This document shows positions 55,850 to 63,355 of a DNA stretch of 63,355 nucleotides, piece by piece. The position numbers were made by a program, and so were the translations under genes. Each line of letters starts with the position of its first letter. Positions within the stretch are counted from its first letter, which is position 1. Under the pieces are notes generated by a model. That model was not told where the DNA came from. It was given only the letters and a program-made list of their open reading frames with translations, and did no database searches. The DNA is from Candidatus Eiseniibacteriota bacterium (lineage in GTDB: Bacteria; Eisenbacteria; RBG-16-71-46), in NCBI GenBank assembly GCA_031364845.1, contig JANLWX010000033.1, positions 1-63,355 of the forward strand, written 5' to 3'.

Positions 55850-55912
55850 AAGGAAGTTGCGATCGTCGTCCATGGCCGGCCAAAGGTTGTCGAGAAGACC
55901 ACGATGTCGTTC
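55850..55912 (+). pseudogene. Possible relic of a multi-ubiquitin (Ubl) domain
   Basis: Startless frame reads KEVAIVVHGRPKVVEKTTMSF, resembling the Multi_ubiq N-terminus (I.VNGRPK.V....LSF). Confidence 0.45.
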
Positions 55913-56007
55913 CGTACTACCCGCCTACGCAAACGCTCAGCTCGAAATTGTTTACCCGCTCATCCATCAGCCACACTGTATGTGGCGTAACAAAAAGAGA
56001 AGAAACC

Positions 56008-56241
56008 ATGGGAAAGAAGAACATCCACATCGTCCCCGCAGACAAGGGCTGGGCGGTGAAACGCGAAGGCCAGAAGCATCCGATCTCGGAGCATCGTACG
56101 CAGGAGAACGCGGACAAAGCGGGACGACCAATCGCACGACGGGATGGTGTAGAGATCGTTACTCACGGCCGCGACGGTCAGATCCGCGACAAAGACAGTT
56201 TCGGCAGTGACCCGAACCCGCCGAAAGATCGGAAGCATTGA
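56008..56241 (+). CDS. DUF2188 family protein
   Basis: HIVP...GWAVK.EG......TQ..A...GR..A......H..DG.IR..DSFG.DP.PPKD. Confidence 0.93.
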   Translation: MGKKNIHIVPADKGWAVKREGQKHPISEHRTQENADKAGRPIARRDGVEIVTHGRDGQIRDKDSFGSDPNPPKDRKH

Positions 56242-56261
56242 TCGGAGTCGGAAGGAACCAC

Positions 56262-57389
56262 ATGTTCACTACACGGACTGATTACCTCGACACACTTCTT
56301 GCCTACATTTGCGAGGAGCTGCAGCTATCCGAAGCCGCGCACGCCGCCGCCGAACATCGCTACCATGCGGTCGGCGACTGGCTCAATGCTCCGGGTAGTA
56401 CGCTCGCGGCATGGAGGCCGACGATCTACCCCCAAGGTTCGTTCCGCATCGGCACCTGCGGCCGGCCCCTCACCGGTGCGGAGTTCGACCTCGATCTCGT
56501 CTGTGAACTCGACCTCGGCATCAAGCAGGTATCGCCGCTCGTTCTCCTCAACATGGTCGAGCATCGGCTGCGGCAGCACTCCGTCTACAACGGGATGATC
56601 GAGCGCAAGAAGCGCTGCATCCGACTCACGTACGCGAACGAGTTCCACCTCGACGTGCTGCCGGCGCGGCCGACGTGGCCGCCTGATGGGACGCAGGTGC
56701 TCATCCCGGACCGCGAGCTCGAGGCATGGCTTCGGAGCAACCCGAAGGGCTACGCCGCCTGGTTTTGCGGCCGGACCGAGCTGTACTTCGCCGAGCTGCG
56801 CAAGCGCGCCGTCGAACCACTTCCCGATCACGAGACGGCGAAGGAGAAAACCCCGCTGCAGCGCGGCGTGTTGCTTCTCAAGCGGTGGCGTGACGTGGAC
56901 TACCAGAAGAATTGTGACGCGGCACCGCGGTCAATTGTTGCGACGACTTTGGCGGGCAACTTCTACCGCGGCACGCTCTCGACCGGCGAAACCTTCGGTG
57001 ACATCGTCCGCTCGATCGCGACAGCGACCGCCCAGAACGGGAACCCCTTGAGGGTGGTAAATCCGGCTCAGCCGAATGAAGTTCTCAGTGAGCAATGGGA
57101 GCGTCTGCCCGAGACGTATCGACTCTTCAGGGCGAGGATCGCGGCACTGAATGCGACGTGGACGACGATCCAAGAGACTGGGACGATTGAAGATGTTGCA
57201 GCGGCGCTCGGCGTGCTGTTCGGCGACCCCGTCACCCAGCGGGCATTCAAGCGCTTCACGAAAGAGCAGGTGGAGACGCAGCGCAAGAGCGGCACCCTCG
57301 GCGTCGCACGCGCCACTGGCGCGCTCGCGATCGCGTCGCTTCCGCGTACCGCGCCCATCCGTTCGAACACGTTCTATGGCGAGGAATAG
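56262..57389 (+). CDS. CBASS CD-NTase (cGAS/DncV-like nucleotidyltransferase)
   Basis: QGSF.IGT, EFDLDL, FHLDVLPA, SNPKGYA.WF, PLQR.V.LLKRWRD, C-terminal NTFYGEE. Confidence 0.95.
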   Translation: MFTTRTDYLDTLLAYICEELQLSEAAHAAAEHRYHAVGDWLNAPGSTLAAWRPTIYPQGSFRIGTCGRPLTGAEFDLDLVCELDLGIKQVSPLVLLNMVEHRLRQHSVYNGMIERKKRCIRLTYANEFHLDVLPARPTWPPDGTQVLIPDRELEAWLRSNPKGYAAWFCGRTELYFAELRKRAVEPLPDHETAKEKTPLQRGVLLLKRWRDVDYQKNCDAAPRSIVATTLAGNFYRGTLSTGETFGDIVRSIATATAQNGNPLRVVNPAQPNEVLSEQWERLPETYRLFRARIAALNATWTTIQETGTIEDVAAALGVLFGDPVTQRAFKRFTKEQVETQRKSGTLGVARATGALAIASLPRTAPIRSNTFYGEE

Positions 57390-57813
57390 GCCACCAGGAC
57401 CAGGGCGACTGAGCCCCGCCCAACAGTCGGCGATGATGCTCTCGGGCTGGCCGGGATTTCGACTCGTCTCCCGCGGCAAGCGTCACGTTTGGGAGGGCAC
57501 GCTTCGGCCGACCCCGTTGAGTCAGGTCTACACGGTCAAGATCTCGTACGCCGACTGGGAGAATCCCAAGGTCCTCGTCATCAACCCAGTGCTTGAGCCG
57601 CGAGCCGATGGCTCGATTCCCCACCGCTACGGAGACGAGAGCTTGTGCCTCTACGTGCCGGGGCAGTGGACCCGCGCGAACTACATCAGCGAGGCCATCA
57701 TCCCGTGGACGGTCCTCTGGCTCTATCACTACGAGATCTGGCGCGTCACCGGCGAATGGCTCGGGGGCGGCGTTCATCCGCTCAAGTCTTCAACTGAATC
57801 GCCGCACCCGTGA
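57376..57813 (+). CDS. Stand-alone E2-like protein of type II (short) CBASS
   Basis: WEG.L.PTPLS..Y.V.I.Y, IPHRY...LCLY, IIPW...WL..YE.W..TGEWLGGG.HP; overlaps the CD-NTase end. Confidence 0.88.
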   Translation: MARNRPPGPGRLSPAQQSAMMLSGWPGFRLVSRGKRHVWEGTLRPTPLSQVYTVKISYADWENPKVLVINPVLEPRADGSIPHRYGDESLCLYVPGQWTRANYISEAIIPWTVLWLYHYEIWRVTGEWLGGGVHPLKSSTESPHP

Positions 57814-58727
57814 AAAACTTTCGCATCCTTTCCATCGACGGGGGCGGAATCAAGGGCGTGTTTCCGGCCGCCTTCCTCGCCGCGATAGAGCGTTCCATCG
57901 GCAAGCGCATCGCCGACCACTTCGATCTACTGGTCGGCACCTCCACGGGCGGGATTATCGCTCTCGGTCTGGGACTCGGATTCACGGCCGAGGAGATGCT
58001 CAATTTCTACCAAACGCACGGCCCGAAAATTTTCCCAAGCTCATGGTGGCAGCGGATGACGCGCGGCGCGCGCGGCCTCGTCCAGTCCCGCTACGACGCC
58101 TCGGTTCTCCGTACGGCCCTCGAGGACGTGTTCGGCGACAGGAAGTTGGGCGACGCCAAGAAACATTTAGTCATCCCGGCGACGAGCGCGAACACAGGCG
58201 ACGTGTACATCTACAAGACTCCGCATCACTCGCGCTTTCAGATCGACCAACATGAGAGCGCGGTCAATGTCGCCTTGGCCACAGCAGCTGCTCCGACGTA
58301 CTTCCCCGCCCACGTAGCCCCGACAGGAGTGACGCTGCTCGACGGCGGCCTATGGGCGAACAACCCGATCATGGTCGGAGTGGTGGAGGCCATCGCGATC
58401 CTGGAGCAGCCGCGAGAAGCCATCCGCGTGTTGAGTCTAGGGTGCACGACCACACCAATGCGTCTCAGCGCGTTCGCTCGCCGAACCGGGGGGCTTGCCG
58501 CATGGGCAAAGCCAGCGGTTGCGTGGGTCATGCGTGGGCAGGCGGTTACCGCGACGAATCAAGCGGGGCTGCTCCTCGGAAAGCAGAACGTGCTGCGGAT
58601 TCAACCCGAGGTTGCCGCCGGCGTGTTCGCGCTCGACAACGCCGGCTCTATTCAGGAACTTATCGGCTTGGGCAACGAGCAAGCCCGCTTCCATTGTGAT
58701 CAAGTTGAAGCCACTTTCATGAGCTAA
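57810..58727 (+). CDS. capV: CBASS patatin-like phospholipase effector
   Basis: ILSIDGGGIKG, GTSTG, AAPTYF, DGGLWANNP; GTGA overlap. Confidence 0.92.
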   Translation: MKNFRILSIDGGGIKGVFPAAFLAAIERSIGKRIADHFDLLVGTSTGGIIALGLGLGFTAEEMLNFYQTHGPKIFPSSWWQRMTRGARGLVQSRYDASVLRTALEDVFGDRKLGDAKKHLVIPATSANTGDVYIYKTPHHSRFQIDQHESAVNVALATAAAPTYFPAHVAPTGVTLLDGGLWANNPIMVGVVEAIAILEQPREAIRVLSLGCTTTPMRLSAFARRTGGLAAWAKPAVAWVMRGQAVTATNQAGLLLGKQNVLRIQPEVAAGVFALDNAGSIQELIGLGNEQARFHCDQVEATFMS

Positions 58728-58917
58728 GAATACCGTGACCCAGGGTTCATGTTCCGAATCTGCCGATGGGCCGGTATTTCGACCTTGCCATGTCATGGCT
58801 GCCGGTGTTGCGCTGACGTAGCCAGACGCTTGTCGACGGCTGCTGGCCAAGCCTATCTCAAGCACCTACGTCTGGGTGGGAGCGAGGGATGACCAAAGGC
58901 GAAACGGAGTTTGATCG

Positions 58918-59388
58918 ATGAACAAGAGAGAGCAGAGAAAGTCTGCCTACAAGCGGTTTCGCCTCGATCCCCCAACAGTGGAGCTCCGGCCCGATGGTTC
59001 CGAACGTCAGATGGATCTCGTTTGGATCGAGATCATGAAAGACGAGACAGGCCGTTATCTGGCGGCCGTCGGCGATCGTTACGTCCTCCGACTTAATTTC
59101 GACCATATCCGCGAGACCGTTTCGAACCCTACTCCCGGATCGCGGACCGGCCACGACGCGGAAGCGACATTCCTCCTCAAGACGCAGGTCGTATTCACGG
59201 CCCAGGTCCCAAGCGGCATCATTCATCGGCCACTTCGTCACGACAGCATCACCCGCCGCCGTGTGCGCAGGGCTGATCAGGCGGTCGTCATTCCACTCTC
59301 GGGTACCGCGAACAAGACCTCCGAAGCAGCCTGGATCGGGATTCTCGGCATTGCAGTCCTCGCCCTCATCGGACGTTTGAAGATCTAG
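58918..59388 (+). CDS. Hypothetical protein with a C-terminal TM helix
   Basis: GGAG RBS; 156 aa; hydrophobic tail WIGILGIAVLALIG. Confidence 0.6.
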   Translation: MNKREQRKSAYKRFRLDPPTVELRPDGSERQMDLVWIEIMKDETGRYLAAVGDRYVLRLNFDHIRETVSNPTPGSRTGHDAEATFLLKTQVVFTAQVPSGIIHRPLRHDSITRRRVRRADQAVVIPLSGTANKTSEAAWIGILGIAVLALIGRLKI

Positions 59389-59440
59389 GCGGGGGCCTGC
59401 CTGTTCCGGGAAGCTGCCCCACATCATTCGGTGTAGGCAC

Positions 59441-59694
59441 GTGTATGTGGCCCTCGGCATCAGCGTCGAGGGCAAGAAGGAAGTGCTTGGCCTGGGGATC
59501 GAACCGAACGAGGGCGCCAAGTTCTGGCTGAAGGTGGTCACTGAACTCAAGAACCGCGGCGTGCTCGCCGCGCTCAGCGAGTTCGAACGGAAGTGGGGCG
59601 ACCGCTACCCGATGGTCCGCGAAGAACGGCGGATGTTCGAAGGACAACTGCCCGCGTGCCCGGAAAGGGCTTACACAGAAATCTGGACACGCTC
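59441..59694 (+). mobile_element. IS256-family relic (transposase fragments + right end)
   Basis: YVALGI..EGKKEVLG....NEGAKFWL.V.TELKNRGV joined to AL.EF..KW...YP; terminal TTACACAGAAATCTGGACACGCTC. Confidence 0.88.
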
Positions 59695-59761
59695 TCTCTG
59701 GACTCGAAACGCGCCAATATGACGAACGACAAGCTCCACCCTCACCTCGTGACCAACCATG

Positions 59762-60469
59762 TCACTCGTCGTCCTTGCCCGCGCTCAGCGAGGAGCCGTC
59801 GGTGAACAGGATTGTTTTGGGCTCCCAAACGATCTTCATGTTCTCGTGCTTTGTGCCCACCCAGCGATTGTGGTCGTCCATGAACTGGTTGTAGTTCCAG
59901 TACCGCGACGCACGCCTGTTCGATCCAGCCATGAGCACGTCGTCCTCCTTGAGACCCAACCGAATGATCTGGTCGCCGAACAAGTCGTTGAAGACCAGCG
60001 TCCCCTGAAAGCCACGGATGTCCTTGCCCGAATGATTCGTGAACATGACCTTGCATGCCATCGAGGCATCATACTCGCCTTGGGCGAGGCGCTTCTCGTA
60101 GACTGTGACAGTGACCGCCTCACGCAGTATGGCACGTTGCTTCTCGGCTTCCGCTCTTGCGTGGACAATCCGAAGGCTCTCCTCATGCGCTTCAGTCGCG
60201 GCGTGAGCCTCGGCTTCGCGTTCCTCCTTGATGATTGCTCCGATAGTTTTCCCGACCGGAAGAGATGGCGTCTTGCCACCGAAGGCATCCTGGAGCGCTG
60301 AGCGCATCACGTATCGTTGAAGGAGTCCGACTTCTTCGACCGTGAGATCGTGGCTGTTCCTGATGTCCTGGAGGATCCTGTCTTTGTTTTCAGCGGTGAT
60401 CGTCTTACCTTTAACCCCACCGCAGCCGATAAGGCTGAGTACAAGAAGGAATTTGGCAAGTACCCGCAT
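59762..60469 (-). CDS. Hypothetical lipoprotein
   Basis: GAGGAG RBS; lipobox LIGC; NHSGKDIRGF.G.L.F.DLFG, YNQF, F.DGS. Confidence 0.8.
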   Translation of the reverse strand: MRVLAKFLLVLSLIGCGGVKGKTITAENKDRILQDIRNSHDLTVEEVGLLQRYVMRSALQDAFGGKTPSLPVGKTIGAIIKEEREAEAHAATEAHEESLRIVHARAEAEKQRAILREAVTVTVYEKRLAQGEYDASMACKVMFTNHSGKDIRGFQGTLVFNDLFGDQIIRLGLKEDDVLMAGSNRRASRYWNYNQFMDDHNRWVGTKHENMKIVWEPKTILFTDGSSLSAGKDDE

Positions 60470-60543
60470 CGCGGCTCCTCTGCTGGCGCCGCGTGTTCAA
60501 CGTGGCCGACGCCGGTTGAGTCTGCTTCGGCTGGTGATCGCCC

Positions 60544-61395
60544 ATGGATGAGCGACAATCGGGCAAGAATTCGCATACTCTCGTGGATCTGGTCGCCCAG
60601 CGCAACCACGGCCTCACCTTCGACTACGAAAGCGCCAACGACATGGCTGAGCACATGATCGAAGATAGGATCCCGTGCGACTGGCGCGACCTCCAATTGG
60701 AGGTCGCCAAAATCCTCGAGGAGTGCGGTCTCGATGTGGAGGTCGAGCGACGCGTACAAACCGTCCGAGGTGCGTTGGAAATTGATGTCCACGCGCGCGA
60801 GACGACGCAATCGCCTGCCATGACATACATCTGCGAATGCAAGCATTGGAGTCGCCCAGTTCCTCGCGAGGTCGTCCATGGGTTTCGAACCGCTGTGGCG
60901 GATTACGGGGCTCACGCAGGTATCATCATTTCAACGGCTGGTTTTCAGAGCGGTGCACATATGGCTGCCAAGAACACAAATATCATCCTCGTGGACTGGC
61001 GTGGGTTCCAGCAACTCTTTCTAGATCGATGGCATGCGAAATTCGTCGACCGCCTGGATGCGATAGCGAGGCCTCTGGTAAACTACACTTACGACATGTT
61101 GCGCACTGTTGACAAGAAAGCCACATGCATCCCCAATTTCGACTTGGATAGGCTTCGCGACCTCCAGGGGCGATTCGAGTTTCTTGCACGACTGGGAAGT
61201 ATGCCACGACTGTATCTCCGCGATAGAGCCGAGCGCGCCCCCAAGCTGCCGTTTGAAGTATCGGACGTGCTTGTCGGGCGAAAGGACCAGATCACATCCT
61301 ACAGATCATTTGAAGAGTTCTACAGCGAGATCGTCCCTCCTGTTCTTGATCTTTTCGATCGAATGTTTGGTGAAGCCATGAGATGCAATGAGTAA
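60544..61395 (+). CDS. Mrr-like restriction endonuclease
   Basis: EIDV...ICECKHW..PV, G...G.IIST.GFQSGA; true start may be ATG 60643 or 60655. Confidence 0.88.
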   Translation: MDERQSGKNSHTLVDLVAQRNHGLTFDYESANDMAEHMIEDRIPCDWRDLQLEVAKILEECGLDVEVERRVQTVRGALEIDVHARETTQSPAMTYICECKHWSRPVPREVVHGFRTAVADYGAHAGIIISTAGFQSGAHMAAKNTNIILVDWRGFQQLFLDRWHAKFVDRLDAIARPLVNYTYDMLRTVDKKATCIPNFDLDRLRDLQGRFEFLARLGSMPRLYLRDRAERAPKLPFEVSDVLVGRKDQITSYRSFEEFYSEIVPPVLDLFDRMFGEAMRCNE

Positions 61396-61687
61396 TTGTC
61401 TAGCTTGTAACCGCCTCACAAAGCGCCTCGTTGATCATCATTGATATGAGCGGCAGCTGTGCGTCCCGGGATTCCGCAGGCACAGGAAGGTGAAGTACAC
61501 GTGTGCCCTGAGATCTGGCTGTGTCTAGCGGGGTCCAGCGGATCAGACGGCGAAGAACGCCAAGCGATTAGCAAGCCCAGGGCACTTCTGAAGGGAACTC
61601 AGAGGTGCCTGTCACGACGACTCTTCGTTGAAGGTGCGACAATGGCTAAACTTATGCTGACCTAGATCCAGTTGCGCCGTAGCCACT

Positions 61688-62248
61688 CTAAAGGGCGAAC
61701 ATTCTGAAAACGGAGACGAGCAGGAGCGCAATCCAGAAGACTCCACTTCCAGCATAGAGCAAATCAAGTCCCAGACTGTGGCTTATGAAGCGGGACATTC
61801 TCACAGACATGGGTGTTTGTGACCAGCCCAGCCGTGGTCTGTCAGGCTCTCGCCGCCTTGGGAGGTCGTCACTAATCGGCGTTGTCGGAGGAGGGAGCTT
61901 GTACTGCCGGCTGAAGAGGCCGGCATACCAGTCCCTGCCGGTGAGTCCCCAATGACGATGCTCGATCTCGATGGCACGATGAGCAATATTCTCGAACAAC
62001 GCCCGGCTGCGCAGTTCCAGAATCCACAAACAGAGCGTCAGCCACAACGCAAACACGGAACCGCTCGCTCGAGCGGGCCAAGCGGTGTCTCGGCCAAGAA
62101 CGGCGCCAGCTAGAAAGCCAATCGCGGCAACGTAGAGTCCTGCAATCGTGAAGCGGCTATTTACGAGCTGGCCATGATATTCATGGACGGCAGCGTATTC
62201 TGTCCGGAGGTTCTCGGGATCAGGGTGGGAGAGGGGATCATCGTTCAT
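61688..62248 (-). CDS. Hypothetical membrane protein (about 3 TM helices)
   Basis: ATGA overlap with the integrase stop; hydrophobic segments; EY...R...RA.EIE pattern. Confidence 0.7.
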   Translation of the reverse strand: MNDDPLSHPDPENLRTEYAAVHEYHGQLVNSRFTIAGLYVAAIGFLAGAVLGRDTAWPARASGSVFALWLTLCLWILELRSRALFENIAHRAIEIEHRHWGLTGRDWYAGLFSRQYKLPPPTTPISDDLPRRREPDRPRLGWSQTPMSVRMSRFISHSLGLDLLYAGSGVFWIALLLVSVFRMFAL

Positions 62249-63195
62249 GTGCGTTGCCTTTCTGGAGGTCCACACACAGGTCGAAGGTCATCCACGATAC
62301 CCTTTCGGCCATTGAGTGGATGTTTCGCGATCTGCGATCGCAAATGCACGGGACTTGCCGCCAGGTAGCCGGTCGTGGTCGTGATGCGATCGTGTCCCAT
62401 CATCTGGGAAAGAGCAAAAATCTCACAGCCACCCTCGATCATCAGCGTCGCAAATGTGTGCCGAAGTGCGTGGAGGCGGAAAGCGATGCCGCTTGCGACC
62501 CGCAGTGACCGGACCAAATGCCTCAGGCCCTCATCGGTCAGACCGGCATCGGAGGTGGACGAAGGAAAGGCTGCAAGGCACCACTTCCCCGCCCTGCCGC
62601 GTTCTTTCAAGTAGCGTCGCATGATGTCAGCGTAGGTTGCGCTCAGCGGGACTATCCGATCTTTTGCGCCCTTACCGTGACGGACAAGGAGTGCGCGTTG
62701 CTCGAAATCGAGATCCGCCACTTCCAAGTGAAGAAGTTCCTTGCGGCGCAGGCCGGCCCAAATCACAGTCGCGAGGAGCGCGTGATTTCGGTACCGCTCG
62801 AATTCCGTTCGCCACCGGTAGTTCAAGACCTTCTCGAGAAGCAGCCGAGCCTGATCTTCCGGTAGGCGCCTCGGAAGAGTCTTCTCCAGGCGCGGCAGGG
62901 CGACTCCAGCAGCTGGATTCTCGGTGAGGTGGCCGCCATCCACGCACCAACGAAAGAAGACGCTCAGTGATTTGTGGTACGTCAGGTACGTCTGCGTGGA
63001 CCAGTGCCGCTCGGCGCGGCCATGGTAAAAGAAGGAACGCACGACTGCAGTCGTGCAGTCTTCGAGGCGATCTACACTTGTTGCACGTTGAAAGAGCGTC
63101 GCGACCACGCGATAGCGATTGATCGTCGCGGGAGAGTAACCACGCAAGTAGTGTGCTTCGTCGCACATCTGCTGGCAGAGAGCATTGATATTCAT
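62245..63195 (-). CDS. Tyrosine recombinase/integrase (XerC/D-like architecture)
   Basis: GLRRKEL (R), GKGAKDR (K), HALRHTFAT (HxxR), MMGH, Y nucleophile in TTTGY. Confidence 0.95.
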   Translation of the reverse strand: MNINALCQQMCDEAHYLRGYSPATINRYRVVATLFQRATSVDRLEDCTTAVVRSFFYHGRAERHWSTQTYLTYHKSLSVFFRWCVDGGHLTENPAAGVALPRLEKTLPRRLPEDQARLLLEKVLNYRWRTEFERYRNHALLATVIWAGLRRKELLHLEVADLDFEQRALLVRHGKGAKDRIVPLSATYADIMRRYLKERGRAGKWCLAAFPSSTSDAGLTDEGLRHLVRSLRVASGIAFRLHALRHTFATLMIEGGCEIFALSQMMGHDRITTTTGYLAASPVHLRSQIAKHPLNGRKGIVDDLRPVCGPPERQRT

Positions 63196-63317
63196 ATACT
63201 TATGCTGTACATTACCCACTGCGCCATCAGTCGGAACGCCCTGTTCCGGTGCGGATGTGGTCGAATCATGTCGTCACGACCGGTCGCTTTGGGCCAACCT
63301 TAGCCAGAAATCACCAT

Positions 63318-63355
63318 GCGGGTGTAGTTCAGTGGTAGAACGCTTCCTTGCCAAG
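63318..63355 (+). tRNA. tRNA-Gly(GCC), 5' part only, cut by the window end
   Basis: GCGGGTG TA GTTC AGTGGTA GAAC G CTTCC TT GCC AA G. Confidence 0.9.

Noticed and set aside
35900..63200. Integron cassette array driven by the tyrosine recombinase
   Set aside because: Genes are in mixed orientation, I found no convincing RYYYAAC...GTTRRRY attC sites, and the integrase lacks the IntI-specific insertion

Overview
GC-rich bacterial DNA. Several secreted proteins end in a FlgD-Ig/T9SS-like C-terminal domain, a pattern I associate with Ca. Eisenbacteria and related FCB-group lineages; that lineage call is an inference. The window has three zones. (1) About 1-20 kb: a lasso-peptide-like RiPP cluster (RRE, B2 protease, a 40-aa precursor missed by the ORF track, HprK-like kinase, nucleotidyltransferase) with no cyclase. 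Also a 1201-aa fusion of a class I/II aminotransferase to an archaeal-type PEP carboxylase, a DUF4331 gene, a TPR-CHAT protein and several gene relics. (2) About 20.4-35.7 kb: three tandem att-like sites, each a tRNA 3' fragment plus a shared arm. They partition a unit of large secreted proteins with an internally deleted IS110 element from a 3-kb unit encoding a DUF4062(TIR-like)-DnaA fusion. (3) About 35.9-63.3 kb: a visibly more AT-rich defence/conflict island. It holds a trypsin relic, a pYEATS membrane protein, DUF2235, a metallopeptidase+MBL pair, a nuclease-like+REase-NACHT pair, DprA between two PRTases, DUF4917 (SIR2-like)+AAA ATPase, an E2-only (type II short) CBASS with CapV, a Mrr-like nuclease and a tyrosine integrase beside a truncated tRNA-Gly(GCC). 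Best candidates for undescribed biology: the TIR-like/DnaA fusion, the aminotransferase-PpcA fusion and the cyclase-less lasso-type cluster. All family calls come from reading motifs by eye; no searches were run.
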